Shown in pieces: positions 11,350 through 25,329 of a stretch of 62,474 nt of DNA. How positions within the stretch are numbered: position 1 is the first letter of the stretch; each line of letters begins with the position of its first letter. The stretch comes from Octopus bimaculoides. Its lineage: Eukaryota. The notes beneath the pieces are model-generated. The model did not search any database, was not told the DNA's origin, and saw only the letters and a list, made by a program, of their open reading frames with translations. Made by a program: the position numbers and the translations under genes. The stretch covers positions 28,651,561 to 28,714,034 of the forward strand of contig NC_068998.1 of NCBI RefSeq assembly GCF_001194135.2, written 5' to 3'.

Positions 11350-12434
11350 TAGAAGTTATACAGTTTTGAGACAACTACTTGTAAATAGACTTTTTTTCAC
11401 TAACTTTTCATGTGACATTCACATCTCATAGTCAACTAAGTTCTGCAACAATATTGTGCTTTTTTTTTTCCTGGCTTTAAATGGTTTTGTTATGTTGGAA
11501 TTTGGAGGGAACTTAGATTGGAATGTCCTATCAATATCTTTTATGTAGGTGTGAGTATTCTCTAATCAGCTGTATTGTTTATATATATTCCCAAGGCAAT
11601 CATTCCCACAGATGGAACTGTGCATTGTTTTCATTAGAACATCATGTAGTATAAGAATGTAATACATGAAACAACTGCTGATTATAATGTAATGTCCTCC
11701 ATAGAAAAGGAGGTATAATGTTAGTTTGTACATATCTGTATGGTTTGTAGTTATATTGCTAAAATTTATCCTTCCTTTGAAACACAATGAAAGCCAGGTG
11801 AATATTTTCACAAAGTGAAAATTTTCTCTCATATGACTTTAGACAATGCCAGACATTTCTGTGCGTTAGTATATCAGAGTGTGTGTGTGTGTGTGTGCAT
11901 GACGTATATATGTGTATGTATCTGTCTATATACATGCATGTATGTCTGTATGTGTGTGCGGATGCATGTGTATGTATTTATTTATATCTTTACATGTATG
12001 TGTTTTCATGTAGGTATGTTACTTTTCTTTTTCATTCTTTTGAATTGCTCTAACAAAGAAACACATCTCCACCATTAAAATTTAGATAACAACATCAGTA
12101 AAGAATTGTATGTTCAATTTTAGAAAAGTCTGGCATATTTTGTTATTAAAAATCAATTTTCGAAGTATGAGTGAGAGGATCATTTTCTGCACTTGCGAAC
12201 CGCAGACTATTATTTAGACACTTTGCAATGCAACCAACCAATGCCTATGATTATGGGTACAAATTATCATCATCTTTGTTTAATATCAACTTGCCCATAT
12301 GTGCATGCATCAGATGGAATTTATTGAAGCAGATTTTCTATAACCAGTTACCATCCATGTCACCAATCATTACCTATTTCCAAGCAAGGTAATATTTCCC
12401 CAAAACTAAATATGTTTTTCATAGCTCTATATGA

Positions 12435-12585
12435 TGGCAGGCTTCTTTCAGTTTCCTTCTACCAAATCCATTGACAAGGCTTTGATTGGCCAGAGAAAAA
12501 GCAGAAGACATTTACCTGAGATGCTATACAGTGGGACTGAACCCAGAATGACATGGTTGGGAAGCAAGCTTCTTAACCACACATC
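12435..12585 (-). mobile_element. CORE-type SINE 5' half inserted in copy D
   Basis: ggcttctttcagtttcc...gggactgaaccc...gggaagcaagcttcttaaccac. Confidence 0.75.
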
Positions 12586-13526
12586 CTTATAAACTGATTA
12601 GAGAAGTGTACAGATTGTAAAGCAGCTGACTCTGAATCATTTTCTTTCTTGATTTTGAGTGAAATGTTCAAATCCATTGGTCATCCAACCTCCACAACAT
12701 TATGTAATTCTGTTTTCTCTCTCAAGTAACTATATCAAGTCTGTTGTGTTTTGAAGGGAATGCTCCATCTAAATACATGTCTCTTTTTCTGCAATTCTTC
12801 TTTCACAATTATGGCAAAGACTATATTGGGCTGAAACAGTGTAATGAAATTGCAATATGTCTGGAACGTGTCTTCTGTTTTTATCAAAAGCAATATAAGA
12901 ATATTAGTCATTGAGCTGTCATTTCCCAACTACATAAGTATTTCTAATTAGATATTTGACATCTGTTACATTAAATACATTACACTCAATTATTGTTTTC
13001 AATGGAAGAATTAACCTCAGTGATTTATATTTTTATATATCTAGGCATGATTGCCATGAGATTTATTTAAATTCTTCTTCATGAAATTCGAACTGGCTAC
13101 TATGTCTTTGTGTTATTTGGAATAATTGTAAGGTAACTAACTCCCAAATTGGTACTCTGAATATGTAGCTTATGATCCAATAAGTACCTCATTGATTACA
13201 AGTATAAATCTAAAGTTAATAGTCTCAGTGGGGTATCCATATTTCCCATTTGTTCAGCATAAAATCTATACATTCTGAGAAGCTCCTTCCCAACTCTCAT
13301 GGTGTTTTTTCCTCATATATAGTTACTTGACCATGGATGCTTGGTGGTTTGTAGATGATAACAAAGAGATATGTTGGGATATTCAAAGCAGTTTGAATCT
13401 CAAGCCATATTTTTGTTTTGTTTTGTTTTCCTTTGTTTACTTCTTTAGTCTTGAAGAGACTGTTTGGATATAGAGAAGCCATATAAATACTACACATTTA
13501 TAAAACTGAAGGGACATTCTTTTCTG

Positions 13527-13722
13527 CTGTAGGCATAAGGCCCGAAAATTTTGGGGAGAGGGCCAATCGATTAGATCGACCCCAGTACACAACTGGTACT
13601 TAATTTATCGACCCTGAAAAGTTGAAAGGCAAAGGCGACCTTGGCGGAATTTAAACTCAAAACGTAAAAACAGACGAAATGCCACTAAGTATTTTGCCTG
13701 GCGTGCTAATGTTTCTGCCAAG
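13527..13722 (-). mobile_element. tRNA-derived Nin/Deu-domain SINE (OK-like)
   Basis: Reverse complement contains aggtcgcctttgcctttcaacttttcagggtcgataaattaagtacc, a Nin/Deu-domain-like core. Confidence 0.8.
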
Positions 13723-14649
13723 GGACATTATTGTAAATATATTCTGCTTATATATCAATGTCAAAATAACTTAATGGATCTCTGACCGACAATAGTTAAG
13801 AATGGTCTGCCTTATGTACTTTTAAAAGTGAAATAATCTTTAATGGAATCCATTTCAATTGCTTACGTTATTCACACTCCCAGCTCATAATACACTTACA
13901 TTGGCTGTTGCTATAATCTCTGACAGTTCGATATGGATGGTCAGTCTTACTACACATCAACATCATAACAGTTGCTGTCAGGTCTTTTGTCACCACATGG
14001 TGTTGGCATGTTTATTTGAGAAACGGGTTAATTTCTGTTATTTGTGCACTGTTCACTCTGTGGGGAATAAAATTATAATCAGCAATTCTTCATTTGCGTT
14101 CAACAAATGTTGCTTGTTGGTGTAATTGCTTTGTTGTGAAATAATTTAGCTTTGTGTGAAATATGTTTTTGTATACTTTCACTCTATTCATGTAATTCGC
14201 TGAGGGATATTTCTTTTTTGCAACAATTACATAATCATTATTGGGTTCATAACTCCAAGAAAAATATACCTTATAGTTCTGGTTTCTACTGTGACTACAT
14301 CTAACAGAATTTTCTTTACTTTTCCAATATTGTTTCTCTTTGGTTTTTCTGCAGTTTCGTTTATAGCAAATTGTTACAGGCCATATTCAAGTTTGAGATG
14401 AGTCTTGTTACAAACTTGAGGAAAAGGTTTCTTTAATGTATTATCAGAAGAATTACCAGATATACAACATATATAACATTAATTGGAATCTCAATCAACC
14501 ATGTCAAGAATGTGTCAGTTCACATCAAGTGTCTGAATGACTTTGTGTGTGTGTGCTTGTGAATGTATGTATGTATGTTTGTGTGTGTATGCATACATGC
14601 TTCTATCATATATATAAACATGCATGCAAGTTTCTATGTATGTATCAAC

Positions 14650-15270
14650 AAACAGTGTGGAGCAGCTCTCTACAACTTGCACCACATTTTTTACTGGAAT
14701 TCCCTGGGAGAGGCTGATGCAAATAGTCCTTACAGAAATTACTGAGTGGATGGACCTACATAGAGTTAACCCAACAAGTTACCAAAAAGCCTCATCCACC
14801 AAAAGCTATCAAATTCATAATGGGTGATAAGGTACCTAAGGAAAAAATAGCTGTGGGAACTCATTGTTCATTTTGCATCAAGCTGCTGACTGGAATAGGC
14901 AAGTGGATCTAAAGGACAGACTCATCTTTTTAGGGAAGGTGTTGATAGCATTGCTCTGATTAGACATTTCTTTTATAAAAATGGTCATTATGGCTGTATT
15001 CACAGCATTCTGGGAGGACAGACTTGACATTTCTCACATGCCAACTGGGAAATATGCATGTCAGATGAGGCCAACAATGGGAGTTGTGGTTATCAAGAGG
15101 TTGCAGTTATAAAACTTCAGTAAGTGAATGTAAAGCATATAGGCAGTGGGGCAAAATGACTCTGAGATACTTGCTGATGATACAAAAAGGTTCCCAATAT
15201 TGCAATAGCTTAAGTTACCACCAAAAGAAGAGTCTGCAATATCTTTAAGTAGCTTCTGCAGAACACTTTC
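14650..15270 (+). mobile_element. CR1-type LINE RT relic
   Basis: EITEWMD...QKA..HQKL and LADDTK motifs; heavily decayed. Confidence 0.5.
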
Positions 15271-15282
15271 TGCATCAGCACA

Positions 15283-15308
15283 TGTATATATGTATGTATG
15301 CATGTATG

Positions 15309-15342
<34 letters not shown>

Positions 15343-15480
15343 TGCATGCATGTATGCATGTATGTATGTATGCATGCATGTACACATGTATGTATGCATG
15401 TATGTGTGTATGTATGCATGCATGTATGCATACATGTATGCATGCATGTATGTATGCATGTATGTATGTATGTGTTTCTA
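15283..15480. repeat. (TATG/CATG)n compound microsatellite
   Basis: Direct reading of the sequence; related tracts lie at 14545-14640, 15785-15900, 18248-18345 and 22581-22597. Confidence 0.95.
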
Positions 15481-15534
15481 TCTATGTATCAGCTCATGTA
15501 TTTGTGTGGTGTTATGTGTTTGGTATGTGTACAT

Positions 15535-18230
15535 ACTACAGGCTAAACTCCTGGAATATTTCACATATTTTCACCATTCCATTAATGGCAAGTAGCTGTA
15601 ATTTCTTTATTAGCCTTCTTTTTGGTTTTGTGAGAGATTTTATAATTGGTAATGTGCCAATTAGTTACATAACTAAGTACCCCACTAATCATTTATAGAA
15701 ATCTAAAGTTATAGCAAGTCTGGATGTAGCATCTGCAAATTTCTCATAAGGTCATAATTGTTTTCTTTTTCTTTTCTCTGTTTGTATGTATGTATGTATG
15801 TTTGTTTGTTTGTATATATATTTATGTATGTCTAGTGTGTATGTATGTATGTAATGTATGTGTGTGTAAGTATGTATACATACGTACATGTGTACATACA
15901 TGTAAGCCTTCTCTTTTTGATAGGAGTTTTAGAGCATATTTAGACAAGTAACCTGCATAGCAGCAAGATCATAAAGAAAGATTGTTTTCCCAATTTGAAA
16001 AAAAAAAAAGAAGATTATTTGTTCTCAGAAAACCAAATATAGATGTCAGGATATGCACTGAAAATGTGGTGTGAATGATATTAAGTTTTTGTAGGCTGAG
16101 AGTTCTGTCAAGTATATTTTTTCACCTAAGTTTCATTTTTTGACCCCTACTAATTAATCAGAGTATCTATCAGTTGAACCTGTCCAAGATTCTTTTAAGA
16201 TCTCACCTAAAATGTAATGGCTATATTTACAAGCTATTCAAGTTTAACTTGGTTGGGGTTGGGTAGCAAAAAGAAACAATGTTTTCTCTCAACTTATCCC
16301 ACAAAATGTACATTTGGATTCCTCAAATTTTATTCCAGTCTCCTATTATATTGGGTAATAAAATACAATTACTTTTTGATATGGTTGATATTTGGCCCAA
16401 AGCAGCTGCAAGTTGTCTCCAAAGGAAGGATGGAAAATATTTTAAAATCCATTCCTGACTTACTACATTTTGTGAGTTAGTATGATAGGGGATTTAATAA
16501 AAGGATACAAAAGCATTGTGACAAGCCATCACCTAGCTGACTGCTTTATTATTAATATATAACGTCATCTTTGATTTGTTTGTTGCCACCATTGAGAAGT
16601 AAATCATTAAACCAAATTTTGTGGGATTTTGGCTAATTGTAATTCTTTGATAATCCACCCACGTTGTAAACTATCAAATGCTTTCCGGTAGTCCAGCTAT
16701 ACCACAGCTAAGTTCCTCGTATTCTTTAATGTTTCTTCTTGTTGTATCATTTAATTGATTAGTAGCTATCCTATATAGTCCCACACTGCTTTCTTTGTCC
16801 CAATTTTCTTGGGCCTTATAATACTGTTGATGGCACATTTATCATGTAAAAGCAGATTGAGTTACCAGTGTTTATCTTGCACATGATGTTCTCACAAACC
16901 ATTGGGCAGTATGTTTTAGCTTGAGTGATTTGGCTAAATTTTTTTGAATAAGAACAGTAATGGCAGTCAATAGCCATGTAGGTACATTTAATGCACTCTT
17001 GATATCTTTTCCCTACAATGCTATCAATAAAAAATCAGAATCTTGTATCAATGTTATGAGATATGGTTCTGAAGAGTTGCTGTTTGTTATTTCTTTAGTA
17101 TTGTTTCCAGTCCTGTGCTATTAATATTGTTTTGTTCAACATATTTGCAGCAGCTCTGCTCTAGTTCTTCCATCTACATTGTATACTTGCTGAACTTATT
17201 TTTACCACGAAGAGACTTCCAGTAACTTTCAACTTGTTCTTTTCATGAGGTGTCTTTTACAGAGATTTTATAGTTCACATTCACTGACAAATGATGTATT
17301 TAACATTCTGTATGTATAATATGTAGACTTATATTTTAATTGTTAAACATTGATGGTTAATTCTCTTTTCAGCTGATGTAGTTTAAAGTTTCAAATTTTG
17401 TGCATCTAAACTACTTCGCTAATTTCTGTTTTACACACTTATATACACTTTTCTGTTTTTGTTTTGTGACTGACTCATCTATGTTAAATTTTGTAACAAT
17501 GAGAATTTGTGAAATGTTTTTTCACAGAAATATAATTTTACTTTTTAAGTTATGGGTCCAATCTGGAACATGACATCTGCTTGTATCATGATTATATAAC
17601 TTTAGATCCTTGCAATGAGTTAGCATTATAATTGCTGACACATATACCAGCAGATTTAGAGCCTCATGCTTTTTAATGCCCCTTGACTGGGTATCATTTA
17701 GTTAATTTCTTGCTATTTCATCTACTAAATCCAGTTTAAGCAGAGAAATTTTTCTTAAATTTGAATGGTCTGTCTTTGAAGTTGTTGTTTAGTGTTTGCT
17801 ATAGCGTATCCCAAATCATTTGTAGGGTGTTAAAGATAGTTCAGTATTTATCTGTTTAGTCTTCTATGGATTAAATTACAGACGAATAGTCTTCAACATT
17901 GTATTCAGGGATATGACTCCAGTCAGACTCTATTATTATTGGTGCTGAATTTGTCATTGTAGCATGTACCACTATTTTGGTTACATCATTGTTAGTATGT
18001 TTTGATCCAGAAATTAGTTATCTGATAATTCATTTAGCCAAATCATAAAGCTTCTTGGACTTAAATCTAGTTGTGGTTGTTCGATATACGACAGTTGTTT
18101 CAGCCTTTGTATAACATGTATCCCCACACCCAATGTTTAGGCTCAGATTGTACATGTGTTATTATAACTCTTTGTTACTGTAATAACTCCACAGTTTACT
18201 GTGGTTGCAAGCATAACTGGGACAACAGAG
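15535..18230 (-). mobile_element. R4/Dong-like retrotransposon relic, copy A (RT and RLE C-terminus; internal deletion at a microsatellite)
   Basis: PTWLLTAITVLIQK..TQAKTYCP, RNLAVV*LDYRKAFDSL..GWII.ELQLAKIP (~16640-16720), and C-terminus NYDLMRNLQMLHPD...KKLQLLAINGMVKICEIF (15540-15770). Confidence 0.8.
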
Positions 18231-18349
18231 ACTTACATGTTTTTAGCTATGTATGTATGTATGTATGTATGGATGGATGGATGGATATATATGTATGTAT
18301 GTATGTATGGATGGATATATATGTATGTATGTAATGTATGTATTGCATT

Positions 18350-19980
18350 TATTTATGTACATAATGTATGGCTACTGTCAACAGGCTTCAGCAAAGTTGT
18401 AATATTTCCTTAAAGGAAGCTTTGTTGATGAGGAGCTCTTTGACATAACTCCTAAGTCTTTTCTTTCTCCTTGCCTGATCATCAGTCACAACATTTGTTT
18501 TACAGTGACCTTGGAGAAACACATTCACACAACTTCTGAACAGTTTATACATAACATTTAAACATGCTATTGACCTGTGTTTTTTTATATATATTCCATG
18601 TGTTTCTTAGTTTATAGGCACAAGTGCTGTCTGTTCAAATGTTACCCAATCTAACTCGACACATCAAGTTAAGTAGCAATTGTTTTTTTAACAGGTTAAT
18701 CAGAGCTTTCCTGTAAAACATGAGCTTTATATACCAATTATTTGACTATCAGGTCTCTCCAAGGTGATTTTCCATTCAGTAGTTTTGCAACAACTGTTTA
18801 GAGGGTTTCGTTGGAGATGTGTTAAGAGAAACATTTACACTGTATTGCTTTTTCACATTCCTGAGTGTTTTCAGATCTTTTCAGCGATGGTCATTTAGGA
18901 ACTTGACGATATGGCCTTTCAAGATGTGATCCATAGTTTCTAGGTTCAATTCAAATGTTACAGTTTAATTCTATGTTCTTGTGATTTCCTACAAAAAATT
19001 TGACTTACCACTCCTAGTTGTTGTTTATAGGTATTTAGTTTACCTGTGCATGTCTCTAGTCAACTGTTCCTGTAGGGTTTGAACAGTCTATCATAAAGCT
19101 GTAGCTGGTGATTTGTGAATTCATGATTCACTTTGTATTTAATAATTGTATTCAATTGCCCAATGTTATTCAATAAACTAATAATTGTTTTATTGAGAGA
19201 TGTCATCCATTTTGGTTGTGTGTGGTACTCTGCATATGACAACTGTAACTCAACACAGTAAGATACCCAATGTCTCAAAACTGGAAGTTTCAGTTTATGC
19301 AAGATATTTTTCAGTTGATCAATCATTGATCATCTTAATTAAACCAGTAGGTTTTCTGTCAACTCATGTCATAATCATTTTTTCTTTTAGTGGCTGATTG
19401 ATATCATGCTGTGTGTTGTGTTTTGATGTTTGTCTCCTGTATTTATCTCTATTTGTTTATATGTGGCAACTACATGTTGTTGTCATGGCAGCAGTTTACA
19501 TATCACCATCACTTTTGTTTTGGTTGTGGTTCATGGATTTAATAATTTCTTGAAGGCAAAATCTATTGGACTGTTATACTGTTATTTATTGTTCATTATT
19601 GGTCGGTCAATATGCATTAATTTTGCTAGATAGAGCAGCATATTTCCTCTTAATTGATGTAAGTTGGTGGCACAGCTGCATTGCACTGAATTATAAGTAG
19701 TTGGCATATTTTACCTCTCATGAGCCCTTCACTTCCTTCACATAACTGATTGAGGGATCTTCTCTAACCTGTTACATAGCATTGATATAGGTCTTCATTC
19801 ATTCAATTCAAAGTCTCTGGAAATTTTTCTTGGTACTTCCATTACTAGCAATATTTGACCCCACTTAAACTGTCAAGCCACGGTATATGCAGAAAATTCC
19901 AGTTTAATTTCACCATTTGATTATTGCTACAAACTTCTGTAAACAGGCATTTCTTTGTATTTATCCATAGAAGATAACCA
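18350..19980 (-). mobile_element. R4/Dong-like retrotransposon relic, copy B (N-terminus to mid-RT, 3'-truncated)
   Basis: EDLYQCY N-terminal motif, PKWMTSLNKTIISLLNNIGQL (19060-19326), KSPWRD and KELLINKA. Confidence 0.65.
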
Positions 19981-19999
19981 GTTATATGTATCATTGTCA

Positions 20000-20905
20000 A
20001 CATCATCATTTAATGTCTGCTTTCAATGTTGGCATGGGTTAGACGGTTTGACAGGAACTGGTAAGCTAGAGAGCTGCACCAGGCTCCAGTCTGATTTGGC
20101 ATAGTTTTTTATGGCTGGATGCCCTTCCTAATGCCAACTATTCTGAGAGCGTAATGAATGTTTTTTACATGCCACCAGCATGGGTGCCATTTACATGACA
20201 CCAACAATGACCACAACTACGATTTCATGGCATTGGCAATGGCCATGACTATGATTTCACTTGGCTTGATGAGTCTTCCCAAGCACAGCATATCACCAAG
20301 GTCTCGGTCACTTTTCATCGTCTCTGTGAGGCTCAACATTTGAAGATCATGCTTCACCACCTCACCCCTCACCTCTGTGAAGCTCAACATTCAAAGATCA
20401 TGTTATTGGTAACGGCCATGGTTAGGATTTCATGGGTGCCATTTACATGACACCAGCAATGGCCATGACTACAATCTCACTTGGCTAGATGAGTTCTCAA
20501 GTACAGTATATTGCCAAAGGTCCCAGGCACTAGTCATCACCTCTGCATAGCCCAACTTTCAAAGATCATACTTCATCCCCTCATCCCATGTCTTCCTGGG
20601 TCTACCCCTGCCACAGGTTCCCAACACAGTTAGAGGTCAGCACTTCTTTACACAGTTGTCTTCATCCAAATGCATCACATGACCATAGCAGTGCATTCAT
20701 CTCCCTTGCACACCACATCTGATGCCTCTTATGCCCAGTTTTTCTCTAAGCTCACTGACCTTGCACATTCAGCAAAGCATACTAGCTTCATTTCTTTCAA
20801 GCCGTTGCATCTCCTTTGCAGCCACAATCCATATTTCACTGCCGTGAAGCATGGCTGTTTGCACACAAGCAATATACACTCTGCATTTCATTCTGAAGGG
20901 AAGAC
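20000..20905 (-). mobile_element. RTE LINE 3' portion (ORF end + 3' UTR + (ATG)n tail) with internal duplication
   Basis: Minus strand gives CMAAVKYGL / GHVMHLDEDNCVKKC-type RTE C-terminal motifs, then the shared gaagggcatccagc 3' UTR. Confidence 0.8.
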
Positions 20906-22599
20906 CCTTTGTTACCAACAGAGATAGAAGCTATTTGAATTTTGCCCAGCCTATATCTTTATATTGTATTAATAGAAAAAAATTTAGGGAACAGCATTCA
21001 GTGTCTGGGTCCGATTATGGTAACATGTTACAGAAATACTTGAAATTAAAAACATGCATCAATATTAAAACAATATTTTACTTGTATAATAATCTACAGT
21101 TTAAAAGTTGCATTTTTCTAGATTTAAGATGAACAAATATTCTTTTTATGATACTGGAAATATCTATTTTTGTATAAAATTTCAGGCTAAGTTTAATTTA
21201 ACCAATGGTGTTGCTTACTTTATTTTTTAATGTTTGCAGTTTTGAAAGTTAATATTTTCTATGACAGTTGGTAATTATGAATGACAAAAGCATTTACATT
21301 TGAAAAATAAAACTCCAAAGAATTATTAGTTAGCGAAAAACTGTAATACTATAAAAACTTATTTGGCACCAGGTTTAGAAGGTAGTTCATGAGGAATTAT
21401 AATTTATTCTTATGGATTGAACTGCATATTTGAAGAATCAATGTTTCTAGATCAACTAGTGCATAGTGGGCAAAGCTAAATGAAACAAATACATAGATTT
21501 CATGATTTATTATTTTACCGAAAGCTTTCCTTTTAGCCAACATCTCTGAAATATTTAGAAGTTTAATTCTGGAGGGTAATAACTTAAACCTGGTAAAATT
21601 ATGCATGCGTTTCCTCCCTCATCATAGATTTTGTCCTCAGGAAAATCCAAAGGCTTCTACTCTTCAAAGATCCAGGTGGAATGACTTTAATTAATAACCA
21701 TCTAGAAGCAACCACAAACACCCCTCATATAAAACTTTCAATTAATCCTTACCAGCCATTTCTTTTTTCTATATTGACATAAATAACCTTTGTTTGTTGA
21801 ACTTTCTGAATTGAGAAATGTCACAAGTCCATTTGAGAAAAAAAGCTTATATTAAGCATAATATTACATGAAGTGACTAATATAGAGCATTGTTACTTCT
21901 GCTAAGATATACAAGATAAATATTCTCTCCTAATATACAACCTTAATATTAAGTAAATTTGTTTTTGTCTACTGACATTGAAACTCTGATTATGTTGAAT
22001 TAAACTTGTTATTTGCACTATAGTTTAGTTTGATTAAAATAGAAATTCTACAAAATAAAATGTAAAATTCCAATTTAATTTAATTAGGCTGGTTAGCATT
22101 TCAGAATCTATAATATATTAGTAATAATCTGATTCAATTTACCAATCCTATTTATGAGAAAAAATAATTAACCTCAATTATTGCATGACGAGTTTAATGT
22201 ATTGAGAGAGATAGAAATAGCATGGCAAATCTATTAATTAGCGTCCAACCAAAATGAAGCAAGCCTGCCCATTTACCATCACCATTTATTTTGATTATTG
22301 TAATTTAGTGTAAAGTTTATTGGATCTTGGATGTATTTTGAGTGTTGGATCTATCTTAAATACCCAGGTATCTATTAAAGGTGGGTAGTATTATACCATA
22401 GTAATGAAGCATGTGCAGAATCATTGAATCAGAATTGATAGTTTAAGTATTTAGTACCTGGCCCTTGAAAATGCAGTGTCTGTAGCGTATATTATTCTTG
22501 CTATGAGGTTAAGCTGGCCTTGTTCATTAAACAATAGAATGATTACTCCACCATGCCAATCAACATAACTGATTTTGATTATGCATGTATGTATGTAGG

Positions 22600-24940
22600 T
22601 TTTCTTCTATTTTTAATTATTTGAAGTCTTCCTGTAAGAAAGGAGCTAATTCCTTACAAAGCTCTATCATTGGAATGGACATAACAAAAACAATATCCAA
22701 TGTCACATGCACTTAAGAAAAGTCTTGTTTATATTTATTTTTCTGCTTACAAATTGTATTTGTAGTTTGTGTATTAGCTGATTGATTTCTCCTGGAAAAT
22801 CTACACTCAGGCATTTGCTAAGAAAACCAAGTGCACCAGTTATTATTAGTATTAATGTAAATTTATAATCTGGGTATAGAATTTGAAGGTTTCAAAATAG
22901 TTGTCCAAAGTTATCCTCTTTCTCTTGGATTTTTGTTGAGATATTTATATCAGCAAATGTATTTCCCTTCACAGAGACCAGGATACCTAAACTATATGAT
23001 GGTACATATATATCCTTGTCTTTCCCAAATAACTATATCTAGCTAGTTGTATTTGCATTTGGTAGAAGCTTTGATGGAAATGTTCCACCATGTTGATGTT
23101 TAATGTAGTCAAAAGGAGGGAGATTTTTATTTCATAAGGGTATTGAAGATTGCTTTAGTGACAACATCATACCGCATTCGGTGTAATTACCATGGTGATA
23201 TTTTTGGGCAGTTGTTTATCATATGAGTGATATCTACCATAGGAATGTGGCATAACCTACATTTCTGGTTGCACCTTGAGGCTACATGACTCAAGTGTTT
23301 CTTGTTTATTAAGCATTTCATAGCAATCTCGTGTCCTTAGATTGTAAATGCAGAGCCTTTGAATTGTGATGTGGTGTAACAGCCACAAGTTCAAGAAAGG
23401 TTACACTTCCTATCAATATTAGTGTTATCTTCAAGTCTTTGTGAATCACACCCATGCATAATCATTTTTCGTTTTTGGTATGCTGAGTCTTTCATATCCA
23501 GGATTCCTTTAAGGCATGTTAATCCATATGTCTGGGGATTGTATGAGAGATTGTTAGGAAGAGAGTATTTCCTGAGGAGCTCACTGTCAATTCATAGGAT
23601 ATTGTTCTCTTTGCTATTAATCATGAGGTTTATGTATTTATTTTTGTTGTTGTTGTTTCATGGGTGCTGTCTGAAAGATGCTACAGGATATTTATAGGCT
23701 TTGTGCACTGATCTCAAGCCTCTACCTTCTTCATCTTTTCTTAGATAGATCCTGTTGATATCACACTGTTTGTGTGAAAGTTTCCATTTGCCATAAGGAT
23801 CTTGTCAGTTTTAATGCCTAGGGAGTGAATTTTCTTTATAAACCAGTCAAATCTCTCAAATGTTGGTATCAGCACTGGTGCTGTAACTGCATTGTGGAAT
23901 ATTGTCTTGTTGTAAGAGGAGAGCTCTGACTGCAAATTTTTTCTAAGTCTGGTGTAATATTCTCACATCTCTCTATATCTGTATTCACCTTCATACAATA
24001 TATTTTTATCAACAGGAGAAATGGAGAAACCATTGATGCACAAATATTGAGTTTGGGGTACTGGTTTTCTACATTCAGCAATCAAATACAAAATCACTTC
24101 TTTTGGCCAAATTCCATTCCTATGTGAGCAGAAAATGTTGTTATTAACTCCTGCTGTTTTTTGGCATTGTTAACATTTTTAGTGTTGCTCCTCAAATCAT
24201 TCATGAAGAAATTATGAGTTACACTGGTATCTCTAGCAGTTTCAGATCCTAGCATATAGCCATTGGATTTTTGTAACAGAAATTATAATTGATTTAATTT
24301 TAAAATAAACAAAAATACAGAAAGACTATTCCCTTGGAATATTCCTTTTGAAATTTAAACTACATCAGAGACGATCTTTATACTCTCAGATCTTTTTGAA
24401 CCTCTGTATGGTAGCATTTACGGTAGTTGGTACTTTTGCTAAGTGAAGAAGCTGCAGCAACCATGAGTGGAGTAGCTTTCCTCAAATTGAGCTATACTGT
24501 CACAGTGTTTCTGTTGTGTTTTCTTATTTTGGACAGCACAGCTTTGATTATCAAAAGTTTTTTGGCACATCTCCACACTGCTTTCCTTCCACCTGCTTGC
24601 TCTTCAGTTACCATGTTGTTGGATTCCTAATGACCCTGGAAGGATTGGTTGAACAGCTGTGTAAGACTTGTACAAAATGTTTAGGCAGGCAATAGGCCTA
24701 CATTTTTCTGACAACAGCAGTATCATTCTTAGCTACAAGATTCATCTGTGCTAAAGCAAGCCAATTTGGTATGGTAATTTGGCCTCCCATAGTTGTTTTG
24801 AATATACGTATTAAAGGCTTTCTTTAGAAAGTCAACCTTCTATACCAGCATCCAACTATTACATCTTTTCCAAGTGCCTTTCAATTATGCAGTTTACCAA
24901 CAGCTATGGTGGAAGTTGGTACAGTATTAATTCCCAGCTA
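22600..24940 (-). mobile_element. R4/Dong-like retrotransposon relic, copy C (RT, CCHC knuckle, RLE endonuclease, 3' end)
   Basis: CRPIACLNILYK, EEQAGGRKAVW, SELSSYNK..HN...PVL..TF..FDW, CRLCH....ITHMINNCP, LDIVIWE, DINISTKIQEKEDN.GQL..NLQILYPDYKF, ITGALG. Confidence 0.88.
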
Positions 24941-24981
24941 TATTTAGCTATGATGCACGCGTGCGCACACGCACACACACA

Positions 24982-25059
<78 letters not shown>

Positions 25060-25329
25060 GATGTAAATTAACAAATATATCAGAAGTAGCGAGATTCTTT
25101 TCAACATCCATCATATGAACAGGCCTGAAATGACAATGATGATGACAATGACAGTGATGACATTAAAGATGATGATGATGATGAGGAGGGTGGGAAGGGA
25201 AGGCGGAGAAAGATGAATTTAGAAATTATCTTTTCTTTATACATTTAGTCATGCAAATGTTTTTGCTTACTCAGTTCATTCTAAGCCTTGTTCAACAATC
25301 TTTAACTTATCTCATTGTTACATTAAGTA

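Larger units (their letters stand above)
11400..14480 (-). mobile_element. R4/Dong-like (RLE-clade) non-LTR retrotransposon relic, copy D, interrupted by SINEs and microsatellite
   Basis: Minus strand gives N-terminal YPSANYMNRVK...FTTKQLHQQATFVERK (~14110-14300), RT-like LLLIKTEDTFQTYCNFITL (12735-12929) and ENFHF....LCFKGR, a GNFH..GGRG-like segment (11566-11832). The same family segments occur in copies A-C. Confidence 0.65.

Noticed and set aside
12171-13500. Plus-strand exon-like pieces resembling a membrane protein (LLFRHFAMQ..., FEGNAPSKY..., GYYVFVLFGIIV, YLTMDAWWFVDDNKEICW)
   Set aside because: They are antisense to R4-like copy D motifs in collinear order, one contains an unavoidable stop, and the resemblance to a GPCR or channel is only generic hydrophobicity.
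15061-15698. ORFs rich in YIH/MYVC/CV/SL/ER (here and throughout the window)
   Set aside because: These are translations of microsatellites.
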